From assembly GCA_002746255.1 (NCBI GenBank), contig NVWO01000004.1, forward strand, positions 76,774 to 140,773: a stretch of 64,000 bases of DNA, written 5' to 3'. Under the pieces are notes generated by a model. That model did no database searches and was not told the DNA's origin. It was given only the letters and a program-made list of their open reading frames with translations. Below, piece after piece: positions 1 through 11,077 of this stretch. The position numbers were made by a program, and so were the translations under genes. Source of the DNA: Rhodospirillaceae bacterium (GTDB taxonomy: Bacteria; Pseudomonadota; Alphaproteobacteria; GCA-2746255). Each line of letters opens with the position of its first letter. Position 1 is the first letter of the stretch.

Positions 1-86
1 TTGGAGGAACCCCCGCCGTGCCCATTAGACAATATCATCGTCAAACGACCACTCTAGCCAAATTGGCGAGGAAAAAGGGAAACTGA
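1..86 (+). CDS. lpxD: LpxD C-terminus (partial, window edge)
   Basis: Frame from nt 3 reads GGTPAVPIRQYHRQTTTLAKLARKKGN*, resembling the LpxD C-terminal GxPA+helix; directly upstream of fabZ-lpxA. Confidence 0.75.
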   Translation, partial: GGTPAVPIRQYHRQTTTLAKLARKKGN

Positions 87-89
87 GCG

Positions 90-551
90 GTGGCGAAAGA
101 AATAAAAAATGATAGCGATTTGGACGTTCTGCAGATTATGCAGAAACTACCTCATCGTTACCCATTTTTGTTGATTGACCGATTGACCGAAATTGTTCTT
201 GGCGAGAGTGCGACGGGCATTAAAAATGTCTCGATTAACGAGCCGTTTTTTCATGGGCACTTTCCGAACGAGCCGGTTATGCCGGGGGTTCTGATTATCG
301 AATCCATGGCCCAAACGGCAGGATGCCTCGTGGTTCACACCTTGGGATCCGAGGCGGAAGGTAAGCTCGTTTTTTTCATGTCGATCGAAAATGCGCGTTT
401 TCGCAAGCCGGTCGTTCCCGGCGATCAGATGCGTGTGTATGTCGAAAAAAAGAAACGCAGGGCGAATATCTGGAAATTCACCGGCCTTGCCAAGGTGGGT
501 GAGCAAGTGATGGCGGAAGCGACCTTTACCGCGATGATTATGGATCGCTGA
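90..551 (+). CDS. fabZ: 3-hydroxyacyl-ACP dehydratase
   Basis: LPHRYPFLLID and GHFPxxPVMPGVLIIESMAQ motifs. Confidence 0.97.
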   Translation: MAKEIKNDSDLDVLQIMQKLPHRYPFLLIDRLTEIVLGESATGIKNVSINEPFFHGHFPNEPVMPGVLIIESMAQTAGCLVVHTLGSEAEGKLVFFMSIENARFRKPVVPGDQMRVYVEKKKRRANIWKFTGLAKVGEQVMAEATFTAMIMDR

Positions 552-1354
552 TGTCTATAAAAATTCATCCAACGGCCATTGTTGAGTCGGGCGCCAAGCT
601 GGGCGAGGACGTTACGATCGGCCCTTATTGTTGTGTCGGCCCAGAAGTCGAATTGGGGGACGGAGTCTCGCTTGTTTCGCATGTCGTTGTGCATGGACAA
701 ACAAAAATAGGCGAGAAAACAAAGATTTATCCCTATGCATCTATCGGGCACCCACCGCAGGATTTGAAATATGCCCGCGAACCATCCAAGCTTATCATCG
801 GCAGCCATAACGTTATTCGCGAGCATGTAACGATGAATCCGGGTACGGAGGGCGGTGGCCTGATTACCCGCGTCGGCAGCCATTGTTTGTTTATGATAGC
901 TTCGCATGTCGCACATGATTGCAACGTCGGCGATCACGTTGTCATGGCGAACAATGGCACCCTTGGCGGTCATGTGAAGGTTGGCGAATACGCCATTATC
1001 GGTGGCCTTTCGGCGGTTCATCAGTTCGTCCGCATCGGCAGGCATGCCATGGTTGGCGGCATGTCCGGCGTCGAGAACGACGTCATTCCATACGGTTCGG
1101 TTATGGGCAATCGGGCGTATTTATCCGGCTTGAACATTATCGGTCTCAAGCGTCGGGAATTCTCGCGCGATGCGATCCATACGCTTCGCAACGCCTATCG
1201 CCTCTTATTCGCTGAGGAAGGGACCCTGGCAGAGCGTCTTACGGATGTTTCCGAACTTTTTGAAAAGAACGAGACGGTTCAGGAAATTGTCACGTTCATT
1301 CAAGCGGATTCTTCACGATCTATCTGTCAGCCCAAGGCGGGGCATGCCGAATAA
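551..1354 (+). CDS. lpxA: UDP-N-acetylglucosamine acyltransferase
   Basis: IHPTAIV start, hexapeptide repeats, HVAHDC, VHQFVRIG. Confidence 0.97.
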   Translation: MSIKIHPTAIVESGAKLGEDVTIGPYCCVGPEVELGDGVSLVSHVVVHGQTKIGEKTKIYPYASIGHPPQDLKYAREPSKLIIGSHNVIREHVTMNPGTEGGGLITRVGSHCLFMIASHVAHDCNVGDHVVMANNGTLGGHVKVGEYAIIGGLSAVHQFVRIGRHAMVGGMSGVENDVIPYGSVMGNRAYLSGLNIIGLKRREFSRDAIHTLRNAYRLLFAEEGTLAERLTDVSELFEKNETVQEIVTFIQADSSRSICQPKAGHAE

Positions 1355-2165
1355 ACTTGGAATCATTGCCGGCAATGGCGCGTTGCCGGAAAGGATTGTT
1401 GAAGCCTGCCGATCAAAGGGGCGGGAATGTTTTGTTCTGGCCTTGAAAGGGCATACGAACTCGAAAACGGTTGCAAACGTGCCCCATGCCTGGGTTCGCC
1501 TGGGCGCGGTTGGCACCGCCATCAAGCTTTTGCATGAAGCCGGAGTCAAAGATCTCGTGCTTGCCGGCCCCGTGGGCCGCCCCACGCTTGCCTCTCTGCG
1601 CCCGGACGTAAAGGGGGCCATGCTTTTGGCAAAGGCGGGCGTCGCCTCTTTAAGCGACGATGGGTTGCTTCGCATGGCGATTAAGGCGTTGGAAACGGAG
1701 GGGTTTCGTGTGGTGGGAGCCGAAGACGTGTTCGACGAACTGCTGACGCCGGAAGGTGTGCTTGGAAAACTTGCGCCGGATCGTTCCGCCGAGGCGGACA
1801 TCACCCGTGGCGTTGAAATCGCACGCGCTATCGGTTTCTTCGATGTCGGCCAGGCCGTCATCGTCCAGCAGGGAATTGTCCTCGGCGTAGAAGCGGTGGA
1901 AGGAACCGATGCCCTGATCGATCGGGCCGGCCGCCTTCGACGTGAAGGTCCGGGCGGCGTCCTGGTAAAAATTAAAAAACCGATGCAAGAGGCCCGGGCG
2001 GATTTGCCGACGATCGGAATGGCCACGGTGCAGGCAGTGGCAAAGGCGGGCCTTTGCGGAATTGCCGTCGAGGCCGGCGGTTCACTCATCATCGACCGTA
2101 CCCACGTGATTGAAGCCGCCGACCGGGCCGGTCTTTTTCTTGTCGGAATCAAGGTGCCATTATGA
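1344..2165 (+). CDS. lpxI: UDP-2,3-diacylglucosamine pyrophosphatase LpxI
   Basis: KLGIIAGNGALP, DVGQA, VEAVEGTD, DLPTIG; lies between lpxA and lpxB; start taken at ATG 1344. Confidence 0.93.
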   Translation: MPNKLGIIAGNGALPERIVEACRSKGRECFVLALKGHTNSKTVANVPHAWVRLGAVGTAIKLLHEAGVKDLVLAGPVGRPTLASLRPDVKGAMLLAKAGVASLSDDGLLRMAIKALETEGFRVVGAEDVFDELLTPEGVLGKLAPDRSAEADITRGVEIARAIGFFDVGQAVIVQQGIVLGVEAVEGTDALIDRAGRLRREGPGGVLVKIKKPMQEARADLPTIGMATVQAVAKAGLCGIAVEAGGSLIIDRTHVIEAADRAGLFLVGIKVPL

Positions 2166-3349
2166 CCGGTGGGCATGGCCCGGATGCCGGGCCGCTTTTC
2201 TTCATCATCGCAGGCGAGCCTTCAGGCGATTTGCTGGGCGCGCGTCTGATGGCGGCGCTTCGTGAGCGTTTGGGCAAAGGCGTCCGTTTTTACGGCATTG
2301 GTGGCGAGGGGATGTTGCGGGAAGGGCTTGAAGCCCTCTTTCCAATGCGGGACATTGCCCTTATCGGGATTGCGGAAATCTTGCCCCATCTGCCGTTGCT
2401 TCTGCGGCGAATTCGCGAAACGGTTGCGGCGATCAAGACGGCGCGGCCCGTTTCCCTGATTACAATCGATACGCCAACCTTCAGCTATCAGGTTGCGCGC
2501 AGGCTAAAGGGTTCGGGGATTCCGGTTGTCCATTACGTGGCGCCTCAGGTCTGGGCCTGGAAACCGCGCCGTGCGAAAAAACTTGCCCGTGTGAATGATT
2601 TGTTGCTCACGCTGCTTCCTTTCGAGCCACCAATCTTTAAGAAGGAGGGTCTTCCCAGCATCGCCGTCGGCCACTCGGCCATTGAATCGGGTGCAGGTAC
2701 AGGGGATGGGCCATATTTTCGGGAACGGCACAACATTCCGCCGCTTTCCCCGGTGATTGCCATGCTACCAGGAAGTCGCCATTCTGAAACTTCACGGCTG
2801 CTGCCGGTCTTTGGTGATGCGCTTGCCTTGCTGCGGGTCCGCTATCCACGATTGCATGCGGTTGTACCAACCGTCTCGGTCGTTGAGGAAGAAGTTCGAA
2901 CGGCAACAGCCAACTGGCCGGTGCCGACGATCGTCATAAAGAACGATGACGAAAAATGGGATGCCCTGTCTGCCAGTGAAATTGCCGTCGTTGCCTCCGG
3001 TACGGCGACCGTCGAAGTCGCGCGAGCCGGCCTTCCGATGGTGGTCACCTATCAGGTTAATCCGGTTACCGCCTGGCTCCTTCGTCGCATGTTACGCATT
3101 CCCTACGTCGCGCTCGTGAATGTTATTTTGAACCGGGAAGTCTTACCGGAGCTTCTTCAGGAAAACTGCAACCCAAAAATGCTGGCGGACAGCCTGATCC
3201 GCCTGCTACAGGATCCGGCGGCCCGCGAGTTGCAAAAACGTGACGTCAAAGAAGCGCTTCTGCAATTGGGGGAAGGGGATGAACTTCCTTCAAGACGCGC
3301 TGCGAGTGCGATTCTCGAATTTTTAGAAAAACGGGCAGCTTCTAGCTAG
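2162..3349 (+). CDS. lpxB: Lipid-A-disaccharide synthase
   Basis: IAGEPSGDLLG, HYVAPQVWAW, LPGSRxSE, SGTATVE. Confidence 0.96.
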   Translation: MTGGHGPDAGPLFFIIAGEPSGDLLGARLMAALRERLGKGVRFYGIGGEGMLREGLEALFPMRDIALIGIAEILPHLPLLLRRIRETVAAIKTARPVSLITIDTPTFSYQVARRLKGSGIPVVHYVAPQVWAWKPRRAKKLARVNDLLLTLLPFEPPIFKKEGLPSIAVGHSAIESGAGTGDGPYFRERHNIPPLSPVIAMLPGSRHSETSRLLPVFGDALALLRVRYPRLHAVVPTVSVVEEEVRTATANWPVPTIVIKNDDEKWDALSASEIAVVASGTATVEVARAGLPMVVTYQVNPVTAWLLRRMLRIPYVALVNVILNREVLPELLQENCNPKMLADSLIRLLQDPAARELQKRDVKEALLQLGEGDELPSRRAASAILEFLEKRAASS

Positions 3350-3383
3350 ACGGCTGGCCTTTTATGGGGTGAGGCGTCGCCGT

Positions 3384-4694
3384 TTATTTGCGTTTTTCGA
3401 CGGGGACAAAGCTGCGTTCCGTGGCACCGGTGTAAAGCTGTCTTGGGCGCCCGATTTTCTGTTCCGGATCCTCGATCATTTCCTGCCATTGCGCAACCCA
3501 GCCAACCGTGCGCCCAAGGGCAAACATGACGGTAAACATGGAGGCTGGAATTCCCATCGCTTTGAGAATAATGCCGGAATAGAAATCGACATTTGGAAAG
3601 AGTTTTTTCTCAATAAAATAGTCGTCTTCAAGGGCAATGCGCTCAAGCTCCATCGCCAGTTCCAGAAGGGGCTCGTTTTTTACGCCCAGATCGTCAAGCA
3701 CCTCGTGAGCCGATCCACGAAGGACGGCGGCACGTGGGTCATAGTTTTTGTAAACACGATGGCCAAAACCCATGAGGCGAAACGGGTCGTTTTTATCCTT
3801 CGCACGCTTGATAAATTCTGGCACGCGATCTTTCGATCCAATTTCCTGCAACATGTTGAGGACGGCTTCGTTTGCGCCGCCATGCGCAGGTCCCCAAAGT
3901 GAGGCAATTCCAGCCGCGATACAGGCATATGGATTGGCGCCGCTCGATCCGGCAAGGCGCACGGTCGAGGTTGAGGCATTTTGCTCGTGATCGGCATGAA
4001 GAATGAAAATCTTATCCAAGGCGTTGGCGAGCACCGGGTTTTTCTTATAATCTTCGCAAGGTACCGCAAACATCATACGAAGCGTGTTCTCGCAATAGCT
4101 CAGATCGTTTCGTGGATAGATGAATGGTTGTCCAAGCGAATATTTAAAGGCCATTGCTGCAATCGTCGGAAGTTTTGCGATAAGACGATGCGAAGCAACC
4201 ATCCGTTGGTGAGGATCGTTGATATCGAGGTTGTCGTGATAGAAGGCGGCAAGCGCACTTACGACGCCGCAAATTATGGCCATTGGATGTGCGGCACGTG
4301 GAAACCCGCGTAAGAAAAAGCCGATCCGTTCATCCACCATCGTGTGGTAAGTGATGTTGTGTTCGAATTCCTCTTTTTGCGTGGCGTTTGGAAGTTCCCC
4401 GTGAAGCAGTAGATAGCAGACTTCCAGATAATCGCTTTTTTCGGCAAGTTCCTGAATGGGATAGCCGCGGTAACGCAAGATGCCTGCTTCACCATCGATG
4501 TAGGTGATCTTTGAGCGGCAACTGGCTGTGGACGTGAAGCCAGGGTCGTAGGTGAAGCAGTCAGTCGTGGCGTATATCTTGCGGGCATCAATCACGGATG
4601 GCCCGTCCGTACCGTCAAAAACCGGCAGTTCGTATTTATCGCCTGTCCGATTGTCGATGAGGGTAAAAGAAGGCTCGGTCTGCTTTTTATTCAT
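3384..4694 (-). CDS. gltA: Type II citrate synthase
   Basis: [37 protein letters not shown]. Confidence 0.98.
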   Translation of the reverse strand: MNKKQTEPSFTLIDNRTGDKYELPVFDGTDGPSVIDARKIYATTDCFTYDPGFTSTASCRSKITYIDGEAGILRYRGYPIQELAEKSDYLEVCYLLLHGELPNATQKEEFEHNITYHTMVDERIGFFLRGFPRAAHPMAIICGVVSALAAFYHDNLDINDPHQRMVASHRLIAKLPTIAAMAFKYSLGQPFIYPRNDLSYCENTLRMMFAVPCEDYKKNPVLANALDKIFILHADHEQNASTSTVRLAGSSGANPYACIAAGIASLWGPAHGGANEAVLNMLQEIGSKDRVPEFIKRAKDKNDPFRLMGFGHRVYKNYDPRAAVLRGSAHEVLDDLGVKNEPLLELAMELERIALEDDYFIEKKLFPNVDFYSGIILKAMGIPASMFTVMFALGRTVGWVAQWQEMIEDPEQKIGRPRQLYTGATERSFVPVEKRK

Positions 4695-4830
4695 TCCTGT
4701 TTGTCCTTGCCTCTAGATAGACAGCCTCTAGATCTGTGTCGTAGCTCACCCTTCATCAAAGGCTTTTTCTGCCTCGTTTTATGCGTGACAAGCCTGTTCG
4801 AAGGGAAAAATTTTCAGCCCGTAATCTATC

Positions 4831-6231
4831 CTAGGGGAGGACATCACGCAAACGATTCAGCACCTCGGCCTTGCCAAGAATAGCCATAACCTCAAAGATT
4901 CCAGGCGATGCGTTGCTGCCCGTAAGCCCTGCCCGCAGGGGCTGGGCCAGTTTTCCGAGTTTTATGCTATCGGCTTCAGCCAAATCCTGGATTGCCGCTT
5001 CCAGAGCGTCCTCTTTCCAGGAATCAAGTTCGGTAAGTCTTGCGGCGATCTTTGCGAGATATGCCTGCCCTTCCTCATTCAGTAATTTTTCCGCTTTTTT
5101 ATTCAGCGGGATCGGATGGCTGCGAACATAGAACGTGGCATTTTCGGCAAGTTCGTTCAGGTCTTTTGCGCGTGCTTTCAATCCCGGCATTGCGAGAAGA
5201 AGCCGCTTCTCGTTCTCGGTTGTAAGTTTTTTATCAAGAACGCCTTCTATTTTTGGGGCAATCAGCCCAACAAGCCGCGCGTCTTTCTCTTCGCGCAAAT
5301 AATGGCCGTTCAGATTTTCTAATTTTTTTAGATCGATCCTCGCAGACGAGCGACCGACGGCATCCAGGCCAAACCATTCGATGGCCCGGTCCGTTGGGAT
5401 AATTTCCTCGTCACCGTGGCTCCACCCAAGGCGAAGAAGATAGTTGCGAAGCGCTTCTGGAAGGAAACCCATTTCCCGATACGCGTCGACCCCGATGGCG
5501 CCGTGGCGCTTGGACAGTTTGGAACCATCGGGCCCATGAATGAGGGGCAAATGGGCAAATTTTGGAGTCGGCCACGACAAAGCGCGATAAATCTGGGTCT
5601 GGCGAAAGGCGTTTGTCAGATGATCGTCCCCCCGGATGACATCCGTAATTCCCATATCGTGGTCATCAACCACAACGGACAGCATATAGGTTGGGGTGCC
5701 GTCGGCACGCAGCAGCACCATATCGTCCAGTTGCGCGTTTTCGACGGTCACATCTTTTTGAACAAGATCGTGGATAAGGGTTGTTCCATCGAGAGGGGAC
5801 TTGAAACGGATGGTTGGTTTTACGCCCGCTGGCGCTTCCGATGGGCCGCGGTCTCGCCAGCGCCCGTCGTAACGGACAGGCTTTCCTTCCCGTTTTGCCG
5901 TTGCCCGCATTTCCGTAAGTTCTTCTGGGGAACAATAGCAATAATACGCCAATCCGTTTTTAAGCAGCTCATTTGCTATTTCGATATGGCGATTCGCTCG
6001 CAGGCTTTGATAGACGGGCTCTTCATCGGCGTCCAATCCCAGCCAATGCAGCCCGTCGAAGATCGCATCAACGGCTTCTTTCGTAGAGCGCAAACGGTCC
6101 GTGTCCTCAATGCGAAGCAGAAAGGAGCCACCGTGGTGGCGTGCATAAAGCCAGTTAAACAGAGCGGTTCTGGCACCTCCAATATGGAGGTAACCGGTTG
6201 GACTTGGGGCAAAACGCGTGATGATAGACAT
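4831..6231 (-). CDS. gltX: Glutamate-tRNA ligase
   Basis: [15 protein letters not shown] (HIGH) and KLSKR motifs; start moved to ATG 6231. Confidence 0.97.
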   Translation of the reverse strand: MSIITRFAPSPTGYLHIGGARTALFNWLYARHHGGSFLLRIEDTDRLRSTKEAVDAIFDGLHWLGLDADEEPVYQSLRANRHIEIANELLKNGLAYYCYCSPEELTEMRATAKREGKPVRYDGRWRDRGPSEAPAGVKPTIRFKSPLDGTTLIHDLVQKDVTVENAQLDDMVLLRADGTPTYMLSVVVDDHDMGITDVIRGDDHLTNAFRQTQIYRALSWPTPKFAHLPLIHGPDGSKLSKRHGAIGVDAYREMGFLPEALRNYLLRLGWSHGDEEIIPTDRAIEWFGLDAVGRSSARIDLKKLENLNGHYLREEKDARLVGLIAPKIEGVLDKKLTTENEKRLLLAMPGLKARAKDLNELAENATFYVRSHPIPLNKKAEKLLNEEGQAYLAKIAARLTELDSWKEDALEAAIQDLAEADSIKLGKLAQPLRAGLTGSNASPGIFEVMAILGKAEVLNRLRDVLP

Positions 6232-6317
6232 GCTTCTCGACAGGTGTAAGGAATGCGTAAGCTGTGATTTCATATGGGTTTAGCATATTGAAAGCACTTG
6301 CAGTAGGGCTGGCATAA

Positions 6318-8525
6318 ATGATTGTGAAGGACAGCGACATATCCTTTGATGTTTCGGCGAAGGGCCGTTCTTTCGGCCAGCGTTTCATGCAAGCGGTCGC
6401 CGGGAATTTGCTGGCCGAGCGCGAAAACTGGCAATTGTGGCTGCCGGTTGGCTTGGGCCTTGGGATTGCAATCTATTTTTCCCTGGGCTTTGAGCCATCG
6501 CTGTGGGTTGCCCTTCTGCTTGCAGGGGGCCTGTTTCTGGGTATCGTCCTTTTGTGGAATCGCGGTGTCTGGTTCATGCTTTTTCTTGCCATTGCCACCA
6601 TCGGCATTGGTTTTTCTGCAGCGAAAATACGCACGTTTCTTGTTGCTGCGCCATTTCTCGAGGAAGAAACCGGAATGGTTTCTATCGAAGGGAGAATCGC
6701 GCATTTTGATGTTCTCCCCAATGGCTTTCGCGTCACCCTTCACGACGCCCGGATCGAAGGAATTGCTCCGGAAGCCACGCCGGAAAATGTGCGCATTCGT
6801 CTTCGCAGGGATCAGCAGCGGGCACCCCTGCGTATTGGTGAATGGGTGCGCGTTCGCGGCATGCTTTTGCCGCCACGTGCACCGACGGCACCAGGGAATT
6901 TTGATTTTCAGCGCCACGCTTTCTTCAAAGGTCTAGGGGCCGTTGGCTTTGCCATCGGCCCCCTTGAAGCGGTTGCCGAGAAAAATGTCGCTGAGGCAAA
7001 TACGGATGATCGCCTCTTTAAAAGCGAAGTTGAAAAATCCCGCCAATGGATTTTTGATCGCGTCGTGGACGTGCTGCCAGGTCAAAGAGGGGCGGTTGCT
7101 GCCGCGCTCATGACTGGAAAGCGAGGGGCGATTGCCGAAGATGTGTGGCAGGCGATGCGGAATTCAGGCCTTGCCCATCTGCTCGCCATTTCCGGTCTGC
7201 ATATCGGCCTTGTTGCCGGTATTCTGTTTGTCGCCATGCGTGCGCTTCTGGCTTTGGTTGAGCCTCTGGCGCTGCGCTACCACATCAAGAAATGGGCTGC
7301 GGTCGTCGCACTTTTCGGGGCTTTCGGTTACCTCATTTTATCTGGGGGGACCGTTCCGACCCAACGCGCATTTTTGATGATTGGTTTGGTTCTGCTTGCC
7401 GTTCTGTTGGACCGGACGGGGATTTCCATGCGCCTGGTCGCCTGGGCGGCTGTTGTTATTCTTCTGTTGCAGCCAGACACCCTGCTTGGCGCGTCCTTCC
7501 AGCTTTCCTTTGCCGCCGTGATCGCTCTGGTTGCTGTCTACGAGGCCATTCGTCGGGTGTGGATCAGGAGAAAAGCGGCAGGTGGAGTGCTTCGCCGCGT
7601 CGGCCTTTACCTGGGGGGGGTCGGGCTGACGACCCTGGTTGCCGGCATGGCTACAGCGCCCTTTGCCGTTCAGCATTTCAACCGCTTTGCCGAATACGGG
7701 CTGGCGGCCAATCTGGTTGCCGTACCAATCACCGCCCTTTGGATTATGCCGTGGGCCGTTCTGGCGTTTCTCCTGATGCCGTTTGGCCTTGAACCGCTTG
7801 CCCTGGTTCCAATGGGGTGGGGCGTTAACGCCGTGATCGAGACGGCGAAGATAGTGGCGGGATGGCCGGGTTCCGTTGCCCTTCTACCATCCATGACGAT
7901 GGCGGGTCTGGCGACGTTTACCCTTGGGGGGCTGTGGCTTTGTCTTTGGCGGCAGCGGTGGCGTTATTTCGGGCTTGTTGGCATTGCCGCAGGGCTGGCG
8001 ACGATAGGGTTTTATCGGCCACCGGATATTCTTGTTTCCGAGAATGCGAAACTTTTCGCCGTACGGGCAGACGTGGACGGGTATCGCTTTTCCTCGCGGC
8101 GGGCGGCGCGGTTTTCCGGGCGGGACTGGCTGCGTCATGCGGGCGAAACGGATGTCCTGCCGTGGCCGAAGGAAGGGAAGAGCGAGGATGGCCGACTTGC
8201 CTGCGATAGTATGGGATGTATCTACCGCGTGCGTGGACAGATGGTTGCGCTCGTTTTCGAGCTTGGCGCCTTGGCCGAAGATTGCACCCTGGCCGACATG
8301 GTGATTAGCCGGGTGCCGGTACGTGACGGCGTTTGCCGGGGGGTTGATGTTGTGATTGACCGCTTCGACCTATGGCGAAAGGGCACACACGCAATTTGGC
8401 TTGATGAAGAGAAGGTGCGCATTCGCAACGTGCGTGACATGCGTGGGGAGCGACCGTGGGTGGGAGGCCCCAGAAAACGTGCCCGACGACGCGGGGCGAC
8501 GAAGGCACGCGTCGAAAAAAACTAG
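6318..8525 (+). CDS. comEC: ComEC/Rec2 competence DNA-uptake membrane protein
   Basis: GLAHLLAISGLHIG, SFQLSF, multiple TM segments; typical position between gltX and lexA. Confidence 0.93.
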   Translation: MIVKDSDISFDVSAKGRSFGQRFMQAVAGNLLAERENWQLWLPVGLGLGIAIYFSLGFEPSLWVALLLAGGLFLGIVLLWNRGVWFMLFLAIATIGIGFSAAKIRTFLVAAPFLEEETGMVSIEGRIAHFDVLPNGFRVTLHDARIEGIAPEATPENVRIRLRRDQQRAPLRIGEWVRVRGMLLPPRAPTAPGNFDFQRHAFFKGLGAVGFAIGPLEAVAEKNVAEANTDDRLFKSEVEKSRQWIFDRVVDVLPGQRGAVAAALMTGKRGAIAEDVWQAMRNSGLAHLLAISGLHIGLVAGILFVAMRALLALVEPLALRYHIKKWAAVVALFGAFGYLILSGGTVPTQRAFLMIGLVLLAVLLDRTGISMRLVAWAAVVILLLQPDTLLGASFQLSFAAVIALVAVYEAIRRVWIRRKAAGGVLRRVGLYLGGVGLTTLVAGMATAPFAVQHFNRFAEYGLAANLVAVPITALWIMPWAVLAFLLMPFGLEPLALVPMGWGVNAVIETAKIVAGWPGSVALLPSMTMAGLATFTLGGLWLCLWRQRWRYFGLVGIAAGLATIGFYRPPDILVSENAKLFAVRADVDGYRFSSRRAARFSGRDWLRHAGETDVLPWPKEGKSEDGRLACDSMGCIYRVRGQMVALVFELGALAEDCTLADMVISRVPVRDGVCRGVDVVIDRFDLWRKGTHAIWLDEEKVRIRNVRDMRGERPWVGGPRKRARRRGATKARVEKN

Positions 8526-8529
8526 AAAA

Positions 8530-9237
8530 CTAGTATTGGCGGTAAAGAGCGACGAGCTTTCCCTGAATACGCACGCGGTCTTTGCCGAAAATACGCGTTT
8601 CATAATCTTTGTTTGCGGGTTCCAGCGCGATGGAGGGACCTTTTCGGCGCAGACGTTTGAGGGTGACTTCTTCGTTGTCGATGAAGGCCACAATGATGGC
8701 GCCGTTTTCCGCCGTACCGCATTCCTGAATGACCGCCGTATCACCGTCGTGAATGCCAGCGTCAATCATCGAATCGCCCGCCACTTCCAGGGCATAGTGA
8801 TTGCCGTTTCCAATCAGGTTGCCGGGAATATCGATGGTCGCCGCGGGGTCTCGTAACGCTTCAATCGGCGTGCCGGCGGCGATGCGTCCGAACAATGGCA
8901 ATTCGACCACCGGGGGGGCTTTCGGCGTCGTGTTGTCGTCGATTGCCTGGAGATGACGAAAATTGCCTCGAATGACTTCGCCGGGTGTGCCGGATGTATC
9001 TGACGCATAGGGGCCGGCGGCTGTTTCCGGCAATTTCAACACTTCAAGCGCGCGCGCGCGGTGGGGAAGGCGACGGATAAAACCGCGTTCCTCAAGCGCC
9101 GTAATCAGGCGGTGAATTCCGGATTTTGATTTGAGGTTCAGCGCCACCTTCATTTCGTCGAAAGAAGGGGCCACGCCTGTTTCGTTGAGGCGCTGATGGA
9201 TGAACGTCAGGAGTTCATGCTGTTTCTTCGTCAACAT
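8530..9237 (-). CDS. lexA: SOS repressor LexA
   Basis: [28 protein letters not shown] cleavage site, GDSM and TLK catalytic residues. Confidence 0.97.
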   Translation of the reverse strand: MLTKKQHELLTFIHQRLNETGVAPSFDEMKVALNLKSKSGIHRLITALEERGFIRRLPHRARALEVLKLPETAAGPYASDTSGTPGEVIRGNFRHLQAIDDNTTPKAPPVVELPLFGRIAAGTPIEALRDPAATIDIPGNLIGNGNHYALEVAGDSMIDAGIHDGDTAVIQECGTAENGAIIVAFIDNEEVTLKRLRRKGPSIALEPANKDYETRIFGKDRVRIQGKLVALYRQY

Positions 9238-9328
9238 TGGAATCCCCCAATTATCGAAATTTCCCAGGTGCCTGGACGTAAGACGAGTTCACAACGCCAA
9301 AACAGAACAAAAGGTAAACTCTACCTAT

Positions 9329-9343
9329 GTTCTAGTTTAGTTC
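9329..9343. promoter_or_regulatory. Alphaproteobacterial LexA (SOS) box
   Basis: GTTC-tagttta-GTTC, exact GTTC-N7-GTTC, upstream of lexA and overlapping a minus-strand TTGACG-N17-TAGAAC promoter candidate; degenerate second site GAAC-N7-AAAC at 9305-9319. Confidence 0.85.
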
Positions 9344-9386
9344 TTTTTATGCGTCAAGGGGTTCGCACACACACGCGCCGGGGGCG

Positions 9387-10592
9387 TCAGGCGAAGCTTG
9401 GCAGGCGCAGGATCGTGACGGTGTCGCCAGCGGCCGCAGCGGCGGCCTGGGGCAGGCGCAGGATCAGGCAATCGGCCACAGCTGTTTGTGCGAGCATGGA
9501 ACTGTCCTGCTTGGAAAAGGGGGTGACATGGCGGATGCCGTCTTCGTCATGTGTGCTTTTTGCACTCAGATAGGCCTCTCTCGGGCCGTTCTTTGCCATC
9601 GCCAGGGTGAGGCGGGCGCTTTCCGGCTGTGGAGGCGTTTCCCTGAGGCCGAGAAGGGCGGCAATTGCCGGGCGCAGGAAAAGCAGGCCACCGACAACTG
9701 TGGTGACAGGATTTCCCGGCAGCCCCAAAAGCGGCGTGTCGTTGAGCCGCCCAAAAAGCGTTGGTTTTCCAGGCCGTGCCGCGACACCCCAGAAATCAAG
9801 ATGAAGACCGGCCTCGCCAAGGACGCTTCGGACAAGGTCGTGGTCGCCTACGGAAGCGCCGCCAGTCGTGACCAGCAAATCGGCCTCCGCCGCCTTTGCG
9901 ACCAGGGTAAGCAGGGACTGGCGGCTGTCCTTCGCAATGCCGAGATCCACAGGCTCGCCCCCGAAATGACGGATAAGAGCGGAAAGGGTGAAGCTGTTCG
10001 AATTCACGCTGTTTTCGGGCGGGAGATCGGCCCCTGGCATGACGAGTTCGTCGCCGGTCGCAAGGATGGCGATCCTGGGCTTTCGCCGCACCGCCAGTTG
10101 CGGCAGGTTCATGGCGGCGGCCAGGCCTATTGCCCGTGGGGTGAGCCTGATTCCGGCCTTTAGCAACGTTTTTCCTTTTTGGAAATCCAGGCCGGCCGGA
10201 CGGACAAACTGCCCTTCAGTGACGCTTTCCTCCATGGTGGCGCTGGCTGCCGCTGCCGTGACTACTTCCTGCATGACGACCGCGTCCGCGCCCTTTGGCA
10301 GGGGGGCGCCGGTGAAGATGCGAACCGTCTCACCGTTGGATAGGGTCCCATCAAAACCTTGGCCTGCGCGGCTTTCACCGATAAGGGTCAGAGTTGCTGG
10401 TGCAGATGCGACATCGCAGGCACGAACGGCGTAGCCGTCCATCGACGAGACGGCCAGGGCCGGCTGTTCACGCTGGGCGACCAAATCTTCGGCCAGAACA
10501 CGGCCAAAAGCATCGGAAATGGGGATTGTCTCGACGGAAACCGGTGTCAGAGCCGCTTCAATTGTTGCGATTGCACCCTTAACCGATATCAT
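9387..10592 (-). CDS. moeA: Molybdopterin molybdotransferase
   Basis: SSMDGYAV, RIFTGAPLP, TGDEL, TTGGASVGDHD, GLPGNP. Confidence 0.96.
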   Translation of the reverse strand: MISVKGAIATIEAALTPVSVETIPISDAFGRVLAEDLVAQREQPALAVSSMDGYAVRACDVASAPATLTLIGESRAGQGFDGTLSNGETVRIFTGAPLPKGADAVVMQEVVTAAAASATMEESVTEGQFVRPAGLDFQKGKTLLKAGIRLTPRAIGLAAAMNLPQLAVRRKPRIAILATGDELVMPGADLPPENSVNSNSFTLSALIRHFGGEPVDLGIAKDSRQSLLTLVAKAAEADLLVTTGGASVGDHDLVRSVLGEAGLHLDFWGVAARPGKPTLFGRLNDTPLLGLPGNPVTTVVGGLLFLRPAIAALLGLRETPPQPESARLTLAMAKNGPREAYLSAKSTHDEDGIRHVTPFSKQDSSMLAQTAVADCLILRLPQAAAAAAGDTVTILRLPSFA

Positions 10593-11071
10593 TAGTTTGC
10601 CTCATAAACCCCTGATTTTCCACCTGATTTATGTGTAAGGTGGATATCCGTGATTTGCATGGCACGGTCCACCGCCTTGCACATGTCGTAAATGGTAAGG
10701 GCCGCCACCGAGACGGCTGTCAGGGCTTCCATCTCAACCCCGGTTCGGGACTTCACCTTGCAACAGGCGGTGATTTCGACGGTGCTGCATTCCGGGTTGC
10801 AGACAAAATCAAGCTCGACCGAGGCCAGAGGCAGAGGGTGGCAGAGAGGGATCAAATAGGCGGTTCGTTTTGCCCCTTGAATGCCGGCAAGCCGGGCGAC
10901 GCCAAGAACATCGCCTTTTTTCACGCTGCCTTGCTGGATCTTCGCCAGGGTTTCGGCCTGCATGCGAACAGTGCCTTTGGCGATGGCGATCCGGTCCGTC
11001 TCGTCCTTTTTCGTGACATCGACCATGACGGCATTGCCGTTGGCGTCGAAATGGGTGAAATCCTTGGCCAT
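10592..11071 (-). CDS. moaC: Cyclic pyranopterin monophosphate synthase
   Basis: [34 protein letters not shown]. Confidence 0.97.
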   Translation of the reverse strand: MAKDFTHFDANGNAVMVDVTKKDETDRIAIAKGTVRMQAETLAKIQQGSVKKGDVLGVARLAGIQGAKRTAYLIPLCHPLPLASVELDFVCNPECSTVEITACCKVKSRTGVEMEALTAVSVAALTIYDMCKAVDRAMQITDIHLTHKSGGKSGVYEAN

Positions 11072-11077
11072 AAGTTT

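Noticed and set aside
4709..4733. GCCTCTAGAT repeated twice upstream of gltA
   Set aside because: Only two short copies, matching no motif I recognise; may be chance
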